A stretch of DNA of 64,000 bases from Bacteroidales bacterium (GCA_004552615.1 SFNZ01000002.1:461-64460), one strand, 5' to 3'. Counted from the first letter of the stretch, positions 29,144 through 39,597 are shown. Translations and numbers: made by a program. Notes: generated from the sequence alone by a model not told the origin.

Positions 29144-30151
29144 ATGGGAAAGATTGAGACTGTTGCCGTGATTTACGGCAGCGATTCTTCTGAATGGGAG
29201 GTCGCCTGCAGGAGCGGGGAATATACCGCATCCCGTATCGATGACAGGGAATTCAATGTGTATGAGATATTCGCACGTTTCGGGAAATGGAACCTCGTGG
29301 CATTCCGCAGGAAGGATTCGATGAGAGTGACGTTCCCGGAGGAAGCCCGTCCTGAAGTGGACAAGAATGATTTCTCCGTGACCGTATATGGTGAAAAGGT
29401 GAAATTCGACTATGCCTACATAATGCAGCACGGCGCCCCTGGAGAGAACGGCCTGCTGCAGGGTTATTTCGAGATGCTCGGGATTCCGCACAGCGGCTGC
29501 AGTGCATTCGTGTCGGCAGTTGCATTCGACAAATATTCCTGCAAGAGCTATCTCCGCGGGGTGGATTATGTCAAGTTTGCCCCGGACGCGTTCATCCGCA
29601 AGGGAATGGATGTGGAGGAGTTCTCCCTCAGGACTGCGGAGCGGCTCGGATTCCCTCTGTTCGTAAAACCGACCGACGGAGGAAGCAGTTTCGGGATCAC
29701 CAAGGTGAAAGATGCTGCAGGACTGCCGTCCGCAATCAATTTCGCCTTCTCTGAAGGCCCTGCCGTGATAGTCGAGAAAGGAATTGAAGGAAAGGAACTT
29801 ACCTGTGCCGCCTATCGGGACGGAGACGAGGTGAAGGCTCTTCCGATCATCCAGATAGTCACCGAGAACGAGTATTTCGACTACGATGCCAAATACAACG
29901 GCCACAGCCGCGAGCTCTGCCCGGCACCGGTTCCTGAAGAACTGTCATCGGAAATCCAGGACATCACCTGCCGCCTGTATGCGCATCTCGGCTGCTCTGG
30001 AGTCGTAAGGATGGACTACATAGCGGCTGAGGACGGGATTTATTTTCTGGAAGTCAATACGATACCTGGCATGACCAGCGCATCGCTCGTGCCCAAGATG
30101 GTCCGTGCCGCCGGGCTGGACATGACAGCTTTCCTGACCAAACTCATATAA
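29144..30151 (+). CDS. ddl: D-alanine--D-alanine ligase
   Basis: HGAPGENG, GSSFG, FDYDAKY (Tyr, D-Ala-D-Ala type), EVNTIPGMT motifs. Confidence 0.95.
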   Translation: MGKIETVAVIYGSDSSEWEVACRSGEYTASRIDDREFNVYEIFARFGKWNLVAFRRKDSMRVTFPEEARPEVDKNDFSVTVYGEKVKFDYAYIMQHGAPGENGLLQGYFEMLGIPHSGCSAFVSAVAFDKYSCKSYLRGVDYVKFAPDAFIRKGMDVEEFSLRTAERLGFPLFVKPTDGGSSFGITKVKDAAGLPSAINFAFSEGPAVIVEKGIEGKELTCAAYRDGDEVKALPIIQIVTENEYFDYDAKYNGHSRELCPAPVPEELSSEIQDITCRLYAHLGCSGVVRMDYIAAEDGIYFLEVNTIPGMTSASLVPKMVRAAGLDMTAFLTKLI

Positions 30152-31053
30152 TGCTGCTGGCCGGTTTTGTCAATCAGGGCACGGCTGCCCTTGAACATCT
30201 GTATCCTGCCAGGGAGGCGAGGAACATTATCCTCATGCTCTGTGAGGATATGCTCGGCACGAAGAGCTATACCCATATCGTGGAACCTCAATACGAGATT
30301 CCTTCCGATATGGAGGGGGCTCTGGAAGAAGCCCTGGGGAGGCTCGAGAAAGGCGAACCAGTCCAGTACGTGACGGGCAAAGCCGCGTTTTCAGGCTATC
30401 AGTTCCATGTCTGCCCGGACGTGCTGATCCCGCGCCCGGAGACCGAACTGCTCTGCCGTGAAGCTGTCAAGGCTGCATCGAGAATTAGCCGGATGAGGAT
30501 TCCTTACGGGAAAAACGCGTTGCCGGTCAGGGTCCTGGATCTCTGTACGGGGTCAGGATGCATTGCCTGGACGGTTGCTCTCTCCGTGCCCGGTACCCGT
30601 GTGACGGGAGTTGATATATCGGACGGGGCTCTTGCTGTGGCCTCAGGCCAGGATTTCGATGCTGAACTCAAGGCGACGGGGGCTCTCAGGCCTGAATTCG
30701 TGAAGGCCGACGTTCTCGTAGGCGGGCCGGACTTCCCATACGGCGAGTTCGACATCATTCTCAGCAATCCGCCTTACATAATGGAGTCCGAGAAGCCTCA
30801 AATGCGTGTCAATGTACTCGATTATGAGCCATCACTTGCTCTTTTCGTGCCGGATGATGATCCCCTGCTGTTCTACAGGGCGATAGCCGGATGGAGCGTG
30901 TCCCATCTTGCTACTGAAGGAGTTGGAATGACGGAGGTCAACGAAACTCTCGCAAGCGAGACCGGGGAGATTTTCAGGGAAGCCGGCTACGGACATGTGG
31001 AAATAGTGAAGGACTTCAATGACAGGAACCGTTTCGTCACATATCACAAATAG
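30151..31053 (+). CDS. prmC: Release factor glutamine methyltransferase
   Basis: EPVQY, LIPRPETE, DLCTGSG, SNPPY, EPSLALF motifs. Confidence 0.95.
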   Translation: MLLAGFVNQGTAALEHLYPAREARNIILMLCEDMLGTKSYTHIVEPQYEIPSDMEGALEEALGRLEKGEPVQYVTGKAAFSGYQFHVCPDVLIPRPETELLCREAVKAASRISRMRIPYGKNALPVRVLDLCTGSGCIAWTVALSVPGTRVTGVDISDGALAVASGQDFDAELKATGALRPEFVKADVLVGGPDFPYGEFDIILSNPPYIMESEKPQMRVNVLDYEPSLALFVPDDDPLLFYRAIAGWSVSHLATEGVGMTEVNETLASETGEIFREAGYGHVEIVKDFNDRNRFVTYHK

Positions 31054-31193
31054 AATTCCAACAGGGCGATAATGCTGGAAAATATGCCTTGCAGGCTCTG
31101 GAAATGCGATTTTGAAAGATATCCGTGTTCATTTTCCGAACACGGATATTTTTGTGTCAATTTGCACCATGTTGGATTATAAACGATATGCTT

Positions 31194-32354
31194 ATGAAAC
31201 TGTTGAAATTCTTGTTGCCGGCTCTCCCGGCTCTTGTGTGCGGATGTGAGTATGTTGACCATTCCGGAGAGGAAGTCCCCGAAACAGTGAAAATTTCAGT
31301 GGACAGTGTCGCGAGACTCCTGTCTGCATTGCCCATCGGAACTGAGCAGGTAGGGGAGGTGCATGACGCCGTATCCTCATCTTCGGCCAACGGCTATGAC
31401 GAGGAATATACGATGAAAGACCTGTTCACTGCTCCGGGGGCAGGTGTCGGGGACGGGGCCACCAGGACCGGGTCTTCATACCGCACACCTCTGAGGGACC
31501 TCATACGTGACCATCTCGCCTCGTCCCTGCCCGTGACCAAGGCGGAAGGAGAAGTGGAGGAATATGTCAGGCTCCTTGAGGATTCCGGCCTCCAGATTTA
31601 CTGGCCTTATTCGGAAGAATGGGACGGCAATACCCTGCCTGTGATTACTTTCGATCCCTCGAACGGGGCTGAGGTCAATGTGGGCTATCGTCTGAGAGAA
31701 GACGGCTCGCCCGGAATCGAGGAAGTGGTCGTGGACGAGGAGATGGCGATGGACACACCTGTATGGGTCGTGAACAGGAATGATGACAGCGACTATACCC
31801 CGGTGGAAATGCTCCGTCGGCAGGATCCGGAATGGGACGGAGGAGGCTCGGTCATCGTCAAGCCTTCATCTTATACAGGTGACGTTAGAACTTTGGTTCT
31901 CAAGGACATCACCATGAGGCGTAATTTCGACCCGTGGTTCGCCGGGGCATCGGAATTTTTCGTCAAATGCGGCCGTGTCGAGGATTTCACCGCCAGCACC
32001 GAGGCGGAACTCAAGCTCTATTCCCCGCAGGTTTCAGATTTCATGATAGTAGTAAGGAGAAATCAGCTGAACAAGAAAATTCCGTTCAATGTGGTTCTGG
32101 TATCGCAATGGACTGAACTGATGGAAAGCATAGCCTTCATGATAGTGGAGGATGACGGAGGAACCAGGACCGAATGGAAATGCTCGGCAGTGGTCAAGTA
32201 CAATTCCAAAAGTTACGGATTCGAGGTCTCCCTGCCATTCAATACGAGGGATGACATAGTCTGGAGAGGCCAGCTCACAGGGAAATACCTCGAGAAATAT
32301 GACGGGATGACTTCCCGTTTCGGAGATGTGGAACTCACGTTCCAGTTCCAGTGA
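31194..32354 (+). CDS. Lipoprotein of unknown function (DUF3103-like resemblance)
   Basis: MKLLKFLLPALPALVCG-C lipobox; DPWFAGASEF and IVEDD motifs; start at 31188 or 31194. Confidence 0.8.
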   Translation: MKLLKFLLPALPALVCGCEYVDHSGEEVPETVKISVDSVARLLSALPIGTEQVGEVHDAVSSSSANGYDEEYTMKDLFTAPGAGVGDGATRTGSSYRTPLRDLIRDHLASSLPVTKAEGEVEEYVRLLEDSGLQIYWPYSEEWDGNTLPVITFDPSNGAEVNVGYRLREDGSPGIEEVVVDEEMAMDTPVWVVNRNDDSDYTPVEMLRRQDPEWDGGGSVIVKPSSYTGDVRTLVLKDITMRRNFDPWFAGASEFFVKCGRVEDFTASTEAELKLYSPQVSDFMIVVRRNQLNKKIPFNVVLVSQWTELMESIAFMIVEDDGGTRTEWKCSAVVKYNSKSYGFEVSLPFNTRDDIVWRGQLTGKYLEKYDGMTSRFGDVELTFQFQ

Positions 32355-32373
32355 CCGGCTACAGGGCCTTGCG

Positions 32374-34275
32374 TCATCCTTCGGTGACGGTCATTTCGCA
32401 GCGCGCGCAGTCGAAATGCAGGGCGAACCGCCTGCCGTTGTTCATGAGGAAGAGAGGGCCCGATATTCCTCCATCCCGTCCGCGCAGGCACATTCCGAGT
32501 TCGTACCTGATGCAATATTTCGTCCGCATCAGTTCTGCCCCTGAAAGATGTGAAATCTCGTATGCGTCATCCGTCCTGGATGCGCCGAGACTATCGTAGA
32601 TTCCACGGGACAGGCGGTTCGAAATGTTGAAACGGTAATCTGCCTGCCTTCCTGCCATTCCGGCCGTGCCCCGGCCCGTCCTCTCCTCAAGACATGAATT
32701 GGCAATGGGTATGGCGATGCACGGAATCTCGTCGAGCATTCCGGCCAATGTCCTGCGGATTCCGTTTATGAATGAAGGGCTGACGAAAGGCAGGGTGTCC
32801 GGGACATGATTGATTCCGGCCAGGGAGAACGCATATACTCCGGTAGTCTTTTCCATCTGTGAGTGGAAAGTCTCCAGCATTCTTCCGGGGTTGGATGCCA
32901 TCTCGCTGCCACAGAGGAATTTATATGATATCTCTCTTCCGTCCTGCGAAGTGGCAGAGCAGTCGATGGTGAACTCTCCGTCCCCTCCGCGTGATATGGA
33001 CATGACCACGGTCACCTGAATCAGCCTGATACATTTCCGGGTCTCGAGGGACTTTTCGAATTCCGTGCTGATGTTGCGGTATATTGTCATTCCCGGCATT
33101 ATTCCGCTGACAGGTCGGCACCGGATTACATTGCCGCTGCACACGTCACCCCTGAACCCGGTTATGGACGAGTCCTTCCCGACGAAAGCGAATCCGTCCC
33201 CGTTTCGTAGAGGGGATGCCGTTCCTGCAGCATTAAGGCGGACTGCAATTTCCAGCATGTCTTTTCCGGACATTCTGGCGGAAATTACCGTTCCCACGGC
33301 CTCTCCCATCCCTTTCGGGGTGTCCATGCTTGCCCACCTGCCTCTTTTCCCGTCGATGAACAGTTCTGTATATCCTCTGTTGAACGTCTTGTTGAGGTCC
33401 GGTGTGAATCCGCCCCTGACCTTCCCGAAGGATGCTCTCCGGTACGATTCCGGATGGGCTTCCACCAATGCATCAAGCGCCCGGGAATAGGCACTCACTA
33501 CATTGCGGACATAAGAAATGTTCTTGAGACGGCCCTCTATTTTGAACGACGTTACGCCAGCTCCTGCCAGGTCGCCGATGCGTTTCAGGAGATTGTAGTC
33601 CTTCAGGGACAGCAGGGCCTTGTTCCGGACCAGGACTTTTCCGTTCCCGTCCACGAGGTCATACAGGGACCTGCAGGCCTGGACACATTCGCCCCGGTTC
33701 GCGCTCCTGCCAGCAACCGCCTCCGACATATAGCATTGTCCGCTGTAGCACACGCACAGGGCCCCGTGGACGAAGAATTCTATTTCCGTGCCGGCAGCCT
33801 CGCTGATCCTCCGGACGGTCTCAAGCGGCAGTTCCCTCTCCAGGACGAGTCTCGAGAATCCCAAGTCCCTGTACATCAGCGCAGTTTCTACGTCGCGGAT
33901 AGCACATTGCGTGGATGCGTGGAGAGGTATTTCCAGTTCCGGACATCCTTCTTCGGACTCGCCCCGGGCCAGCTCAAGCAATGCCGTGTCCTGCACGATG
34001 ATTGCGTCTGCCCCGGCATCCTGCACCTGAAGCATGAGCTTTCGGACATCCTCCAGCTCGTTATCGTACACTATGGTGTTTATCGTGATGAATACACGTA
34101 CACCGAACCTGTGGGCGTACCCGCACAATACCCTGATATCCTCGACACTATTGCCTGCAGCCTGCCTTGCCCCGAACGACGGACCTGCAATATATACGGC
34201 ATCGGCACCGCAGTCAATTGCTGCAATGCCGATGTCTATGTTTTTTGCCGGAGCAAGAAGTTCAAGCGATCTCAT
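32374..34275 (-). CDS. U32-family protein with DUF3656-like C-terminus (RlhA-like RNA hydroxylase)
   Basis: ELLAPA, HASTQ, FVHGALCVCYSGQC, SANRGECVQACR, KIEGRLK; C-terminal LMRTKYCIRYELGMC. Confidence 0.9.
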   Translation of the reverse strand: MRSLELLAPAKNIDIGIAAIDCGADAVYIAGPSFGARQAAGNSVEDIRVLCGYAHRFGVRVFITINTIVYDNELEDVRKLMLQVQDAGADAIIVQDTALLELARGESEEGCPELEIPLHASTQCAIRDVETALMYRDLGFSRLVLERELPLETVRRISEAAGTEIEFFVHGALCVCYSGQCYMSEAVAGRSANRGECVQACRSLYDLVDGNGKVLVRNKALLSLKDYNLLKRIGDLAGAGVTSFKIEGRLKNISYVRNVVSAYSRALDALVEAHPESYRRASFGKVRGGFTPDLNKTFNRGYTELFIDGKRGRWASMDTPKGMGEAVGTVISARMSGKDMLEIAVRLNAAGTASPLRNGDGFAFVGKDSSITGFRGDVCSGNVIRCRPVSGIMPGMTIYRNISTEFEKSLETRKCIRLIQVTVVMSISRGGDGEFTIDCSATSQDGREISYKFLCGSEMASNPGRMLETFHSQMEKTTGVYAFSLAGINHVPDTLPFVSPSFINGIRRTLAGMLDEIPCIAIPIANSCLEERTGRGTAGMAGRQADYRFNISNRLSRGIYDSLGASRTDDAYEISHLSGAELMRTKYCIRYELGMCLRGRDGGISGPLFLMNNGRRFALHFDCARCEMTVTEG

Positions 34276-34287
34276 CCGGCAGGTTCA

Positions 34288-35229
34288 TTATTTGGAAAGA
34301 GCAGAGATGAGCTGCTTTGCCTGTGCGCCGAACTGAGGGTCAGATGCGACTTTCTGGTAATATTCGAGAGCCTTGCTCTTGTTGCCGGCTTTCTGGAAGA
34401 GTGCACCTACGGTGAATGCTATGGCGTTGGAGTTCTTTGCATTAGGGTCTGCTGCGAGATATTTCTCGAAGAATGCGATCGCGTTGCTGTCCTTTCCGAG
34501 CTTCTGGGAAGCCTGTCCTGCGATGAGAAGAGCCTGTGCGTTCTCCTTGATCTCGTTGGCTTTCTCGGCGAGAGCTACTGCATCTGCATATTTTCCACCC
34601 TTGAGCTGGGCTGCAGCCTTCTTGAGGTAAGCGGTTCCGAGAACCTGCTTTGCATTGGCTTCCTGGCCGTTGGCGGCTGCTATATTGAGATATTTCTCAG
34701 CCTCCTCGAGGTTGGTTCCGCTGAGGAGCTGTCCGAGACGGAGTGCGGATACGGCGTTGGTGGAATCAGCGGCGAGCACCTCCTTGTATCCGGCGATGGC
34801 TCCGGCCACGTCCTTTGCCTTGAAGGCAGCGTCAGCGGCATCCTTTACCTTGGTTACGAGCACTTTCGGAAGCAGGTCCTCAATTTCTGCCGATACTTCC
34901 TCGTTGCCATACTCCTTTGCTTTCTCGGCTGCTGCTTTCATCTTCTCCACGGCTCCGTCGAAATCCTTGTTGTTGTAAAGCTCCTTTCCGATGGAGAGCA
35001 TTACTGAAGGAATGGCGTTCTTGCAGTTCGCAACGACGTCAGCTCCCTCGTCACCGAGGCTTTCAGCCATTGCAAGAGCTTTCTGGAAATACTCGAGGGC
35101 ACCGGTCTTGTTACCCATTGTGAGAGCTTCGGCACCACTGTTGTAAGTAGCTGTGGCTGTGGCCAGATCTTGAGCGGACAGGCCCAGTGAAAGGGCCAGT
35201 GCCGAGATTGCGAGAATAATCTTTTTCAT
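34288..35229 (-). CDS. Secreted tetratricopeptide-repeat protein
   Basis: Signal peptide; repeated A..Y[FY][QE]K helical TPR units; TATATTTG box at 35273-35280. Confidence 0.88.
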   Translation of the reverse strand: MKKIILAISALALSLGLSAQDLATATATYNSGAEALTMGNKTGALEYFQKALAMAESLGDEGADVVANCKNAIPSVMLSIGKELYNNKDFDGAVEKMKAAAEKAKEYGNEEVSAEIEDLLPKVLVTKVKDAADAAFKAKDVAGAIAGYKEVLAADSTNAVSALRLGQLLSGTNLEEAEKYLNIAAANGQEANAKQVLGTAYLKKAAAQLKGGKYADAVALAEKANEIKENAQALLIAGQASQKLGKDSNAIAFFEKYLAADPNAKNSNAIAFTVGALFQKAGNKSKALEYYQKVASDPQFGAQAKQLISALSK

Positions 35230-35318
35230 AATCTATTAGTGTTTTAAATGTTTTCAATATGCGCAATTCTTACAAATATACAAAAAATATAGTATTTTTG
35301 CGTAAAAGGCGAAATTTT

Positions 35319-38315
35319 ATGGTCGACTATTTATATAGAACACTGTTTTTCTTCGCGGCGATACTTGTACCAATAATCATGCCTGCCGACGGGCTGCCCA
35401 CTCTTCCGCCGGCTCCCCAGGTGAGGGCGGGATTGCTGGACAATGGCATAACCTACTATATCGTGACCAATCCTACGGAAAGAGGACGGGCCGACATATC
35501 CCTGGTGCAGAAAGGGGGATATGGGGATGAAGCCGATACGACCGCCGGAAGCTCTACGGTAAATGCGATGGGTGCGCTTTCCGGATTGCCGCATTTCAAA
35601 TCCCCGTACAGATTCCTTACAAGGAACTGCATCTGGCCGGGGGAGGACGGCTATGTATCCGTGAACAGCGATGCCACCATATACAAGTTCAGACGTCTTG
35701 ACCTGTCCCGTTCAGGTGAGATGGTGGACTCCGTCTTGCTGATGATTTTCGACATCATAGATACCCAGTCATATACCATTGGAGGAAGATATACTCCGGG
35801 TAACCAGGCAATTATTATATCGGGAGATGTCGATCCGGGTGCCGTGACGAGCAAGATGAACACATTGTCGATGCTTGTCACGAGGGCTCATGGAACGGTC
35901 CCGGTACGCACGTATAAGTGGGAATCTGTACCGGATGCGGTCTACAGGCATGTGCAGGCAGGCAATTCCGGACATGTCATCATCACCGCTGAATATGCCT
36001 CCCCGAGGACGCCGGATGCCAATATGCCCACTGTCCAGCCGCTCGTGTCACAGAAATTCGCTTCCGAATTCGGGATCATTGTCAGGAAGAGACTGGCAAA
36101 GGCATTCAGGCTGGCCGGGATACCCGTTTCGGACATAGGATTCTCATACCGGAACAGCGCCGAGGGACCCGAAGACGAAAAATATAGGATCACTGTCGGG
36201 ACATCCATCGAGTGGCTGGAGTCTGCGGTCTCGGTCATCTCGTCCACACTTGCTGCCCTTGACCAGAACGGAGCCCTGCCTGAGGAGTACCGGGATGCAC
36301 AGAACGAACTGATGATGGACCTCCGGAGGGATTTCACAGGGGACGTGGTGGACAATTCCATGTATGTGGACATGTGCATATCCTCATATCTCTACGGATC
36401 CACACTGGCTTCATCCCAGGCCAGACTGGACTTCTTCATTACCAAGAACATCCAGAATGATGTCGGGGCGCGTCTTTTCAACAATTTTGTCGCAGCCCTG
36501 CTTGACCGGTCCAGGAATCTTACCCTGGAATGCGTCGCTGACTCCGCTGCAGTGTCCGGACGCAGGGTCCTCGAATGTTTCGACCGGTCCTGGAAGCCGG
36601 CCGGGGAGCTGCCTTATGTGGTGAGCCGCAGCGATACGCTCAAAATCAGGAAGAACAATTCCAAGGTCAAGATAAAGGCCACTGTCGCCGAACCTCTTTC
36701 CGGCGGGCAGATGTGGACTATGGACAACGGTATCAGGGTGATTTTCAAGAATACTCCGAACACCGGTACTTTCCGTTACAAATGGCTCCTCAAAGGAGGA
36801 TTTTCCCTGCTTCCGGGCCTGAGACCCGGTGAGGGGGCCTACATCTCCGACATGTTGTCCCTCTACGACGTCTCCGGGATGAGCTGCTGGAATTTCAATG
36901 ACATGCTTGCGGCCAACGGCATCCAGATGGACTGTGAGGTCACCATGTCCGACATGCGTATCGGTGGCGCGGCCCCGTCCTCACGCCTTCAGCTCCTTCT
37001 CAGGTCGATGTATGCGCTGACTACGGACCGGAGCATGAACAGGGCGGCATTTGACTATTACCGTCGCTGCAACGAGGCAGGTGTCTCATCGGACAGGACT
37101 CCGGCGGAGATTCTGGACAGCCTGATGTTTCCGAACAACCTCTATTCACCGTTCCGCCGGAAGATACATCTTTCCGATGATTTCCAGAAGAGGACTGAAA
37201 AATACTTCGAGAACGAGTTCTCCAAGATGAATGACGGAGTCCTGATCATAGTCGGGGATTTCGACGAACTTGAATTGCGGAAGATTCTGGCGAAGGAGCT
37301 CGGCGGTTTCCGTACAGAGAAGGTATCCTCGCTCCGGTCCAAGGTCCAGCATCAAACGCTTTCTGGAAGAAATTCGATGATTGTGGACGGCCCGTCGGCC
37401 CTGTTGGAGATCGGATTTTCGGCTCCCGTGACATTCTCTTCTTCCGCCTATATGTCTACGTTCATTGCGGCAATGGCTCTCGAGGACAGGATTTCAGAAT
37501 CCCTGGCATCGTGCGGATGGCATGGAGATTTCAGATGGAGGTTCGACTCGTTCCCGGAGGAGCGTTTCAGCCTGTTCATGAGTGCTGCACCTTCCGTGAG
37601 GACAGGAGTTCCGGCGTCCCTGCTGCAGACAGATTCCGTGGAAGAGGTCATGTCACGTGTCCGCAGGGTGGTTTCGGATTTTGCAGCCCGCGGCATTGAC
37701 AGATTCAACCTCGCCGTTTACAAAGCCACGCTTACGAAGAAGTTTGATTCCAGGATGGCAGGCCCCCAGACTGCCATGTCCATGCTGGAACTGCGTTATT
37801 CCTGCGGCAAGGATCTGGTGACCAGGTACGGTGAGAAGATCGGAACCGTCAACGAAGACTCAGTCAACGGAATACTGCGTGCTCTCGAGGGAGGCCGCAG
37901 GGCAGAATATGCGGTCAAGGCACCGGTCAGGAAGATCGAGGAGTCTCATCCGGATGATCCTGTTTCCGGAATGGAGGTATCCCGTATTGCACCGGCCGCC
38001 GATTCGTCCGGCGTGAACCTCGAGGCTTTCCGGACCATCGGGATTGCGCCTCCTCCGTCTGAGCCATACTGGCAGGTTCCTTCGAATTTCAGGAGATTCA
38101 TGGCCGAACTTCCTTCACCTCGCGTATATGTTCCGGAACCTCTCGGGACCAGGGACATCATGGCCATCGCGGCCTCATGCGAGTCGATGCTCGGCTCATT
38201 TGACAGTATAAAGGTAAACGAAAAGCTTGACACTGATATCGAGGTGCCGGTGATGCAATTGCCGGACCCGGCTGAAGCTTTGTACAGAAAATCATTCAAA
38301 GATAAAGATGAGTAG
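35319..38315 (+). CDS. M16 (insulinase/PqqL-like) peptidase homologue, zinc motif apparently lost
   Basis: GLLDNGITYYI..N, Y.P.NQAIIISGDVD, second-half MDNGIRVIFK and IIVGDFD; no HXXEH at the expected position. Confidence 0.8.
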   Translation: MVDYLYRTLFFFAAILVPIIMPADGLPTLPPAPQVRAGLLDNGITYYIVTNPTERGRADISLVQKGGYGDEADTTAGSSTVNAMGALSGLPHFKSPYRFLTRNCIWPGEDGYVSVNSDATIYKFRRLDLSRSGEMVDSVLLMIFDIIDTQSYTIGGRYTPGNQAIIISGDVDPGAVTSKMNTLSMLVTRAHGTVPVRTYKWESVPDAVYRHVQAGNSGHVIITAEYASPRTPDANMPTVQPLVSQKFASEFGIIVRKRLAKAFRLAGIPVSDIGFSYRNSAEGPEDEKYRITVGTSIEWLESAVSVISSTLAALDQNGALPEEYRDAQNELMMDLRRDFTGDVVDNSMYVDMCISSYLYGSTLASSQARLDFFITKNIQNDVGARLFNNFVAALLDRSRNLTLECVADSAAVSGRRVLECFDRSWKPAGELPYVVSRSDTLKIRKNNSKVKIKATVAEPLSGGQMWTMDNGIRVIFKNTPNTGTFRYKWLLKGGFSLLPGLRPGEGAYISDMLSLYDVSGMSCWNFNDMLAANGIQMDCEVTMSDMRIGGAAPSSRLQLLLRSMYALTTDRSMNRAAFDYYRRCNEAGVSSDRTPAEILDSLMFPNNLYSPFRRKIHLSDDFQKRTEKYFENEFSKMNDGVLIIVGDFDELELRKILAKELGGFRTEKVSSLRSKVQHQTLSGRNSMIVDGPSALLEIGFSAPVTFSSSAYMSTFIAAMALEDRISESLASCGWHGDFRWRFDSFPEERFSLFMSAAPSVRTGVPASLLQTDSVEEVMSRVRRVVSDFAARGIDRFNLAVYKATLTKKFDSRMAGPQTAMSMLELRYSCGKDLVTRYGEKIGTVNEDSVNGILRALEGGRRAEYAVKAPVRKIEESHPDDPVSGMEVSRIAPAADSSGVNLEAFRTIGIAPPPSEPYWQVPSNFRRFMAELPSPRVYVPEPLGTRDIMAIAASCESMLGSFDSIKVNEKLDTDIEVPVMQLPDPAEALYRKSFKDKDE

Positions 38316-38916
38316 AGACGATCGTTTCGGGACAATCTTCGAGATAGGGGATTGCCTGGTCTCGGAAGAGATTGTGACAGAATACTTTGCCTGTGATTAT
38401 GAGAAATGTCGCGGATGCTGCTGCATCATCGGTGACAGCGGGGCGCCCCTCGCTGAGGAAGAAGTGGGGAAGATCGAGGAGGCCTATCCGGCATTCTCAC
38501 CCCTGATGAGCGATGCGGGCCGAAAGGCAGTCAAGGACAAGGGCTTCTTCGAGATAGACGTTGACGGGGACATGGTGACCCCTCTCTCCCCGGCTTCGGA
38601 AGAATGTGCATACATCCATACCGATGAATCCGGGAATTGTTTCTGCTCGATAGAAAAATGCTGGTTCTCAGGAAAATGCAAATTCCGCAAGCCCGCTTCA
38701 TGCTGGCTCTATCCGATACGTGTCACCGAACTGACAGGCGGACGTCATGCCCTGAACCTGCATCGCTGGAGCATCTGCAAGGATGCCTTCGAGAACGGCA
38801 GAAAGAAAAAGGTCCGCGTATATGAATTCCTGCGCGAACCTCTGATAAGTGTCTATGGGGAGGAGTTCTATTCCGCCCTTTCATTTGCGGCGAGCAATTT
38901 CCTCGCCGGTTCGTAG
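38308..38916 (+). CDS. DUF3109-family Cys-rich protein
   Basis: FACD..KCRGCCCIIGDSGAPL, KPASCWLYPIR, YEFLREPL motifs. Confidence 0.88.
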   Translation: MSRDDRFGTIFEIGDCLVSEEIVTEYFACDYEKCRGCCCIIGDSGAPLAEEEVGKIEEAYPAFSPLMSDAGRKAVKDKGFFEIDVDGDMVTPLSPASEECAYIHTDESGNCFCSIEKCWFSGKCKFRKPASCWLYPIRVTELTGGRHALNLHRWSICKDAFENGRKKKVRVYEFLREPLISVYGEEFYSALSFAASNFLAGS

Positions 38917-39089
38917 TCTTCCGGGTTGACCTTCAGTTCAACGCTTACGTATCCCGCATTCAGGCAGGGGTACGTGGAATCCTGCCCGAAAATCTCGGCG
39001 GGTATTCCGTTGGCCCTCAGCATCCCGGCTGCGATTTCCGCGCTCATCTGGTCCGGAAATCTGCCTACCGTCTTGAGTTCATCTGCCAT
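38868..39089 (-). CDS. DUF2007-family (P-II-like putative signal-transducing) small protein
   Basis: AEIAAGMLRANGIPA...VELKVNPEDYEPARKLL pattern. Confidence 0.8.
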   Translation of the reverse strand: MADELKTVGRFPDQMSAEIAAGMLRANGIPAEIFGQDSTYPCLNAGYVSVELKVNPEDYEPARKLLAANERAE

Positions 39090-39114
39090 AACTGATGGAT
39101 TAAAGGGTTAATAA

Positions 39115-39597
39115 TCACTCGTCTCCGTCCTTGCGGAAACGGTTTTCGAGGCCATATACTATTCTTATGGTGTCCTTTCTGAGACCTTCGAGGCAGAACC
39201 CTCCGAGCTCGCGGGTGAATGTAATCCGGTCTTCGAACATTCTTGTGAGCCTGTTGAGGAAAGAACCGTTCCTGAAAGTCATATTCTCCCCGTCTTCAGA
39301 TTCGAGACGGTATCCCCGTTCCTCCATCGCATCGATGATTCCCTGCCTTATCTCCCTGAAGTCCCCCGGGATGATTGCGCTCTTCCTTACAAATCCGAAT
39401 ATCGGATATACGGCGGCCACGCAGGCGAACATCAGCCCTATCTGCAGCAGTGAGTTGTAACCTCCCCTGAACATGGTTTCGATGTTCCCGTCCACTACGT
39501 GGGCGCATACGAGAATGGTCATGAAGATTACGAGAAGAAATGAGAAATAGAAGAAATATTTGACAGCTCTTACAATGTATTTTGCCGTTTTATTCAT
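39115..39597 (-). CDS. Hypothetical membrane protein with two TM segments
   Basis: Start MNKTAKY downstream of TATGTTTG box at 39621-39628; two hydrophobic helices plus a soluble domain. Confidence 0.75.
   Translation of the reverse strand: MNKTAKYIVRAVKYFFYFSFLLVIFMTILVCAHVVDGNIETMFRGGYNSLLQIGLMFACVAAVYPIFGFVRKSAIIPGDFREIRQGIIDAMEERGYRLESEDGENMTFRNGSFLNRLTRMFEDRITFTRELGGFCLEGLRKDTIRIVYGLENRFRKDGDE

Noticed and set aside
27113..29905. 440-aa and 445-aa minus-strand ORFs
   Set aside because: Antisense shadows of PBP1A and ddl
29144..30151. Possible Van-type D-Ala-D-Lac ligase
   Set aside because: Omega loop has Tyr (FDYDAKY) and no van cluster genes are present
33454..35007. 517-aa plus-strand ORF
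   Set aside because: Antisense to the U32 and TPR genes, no recognisable motifs; explained by GC-rich codon bias
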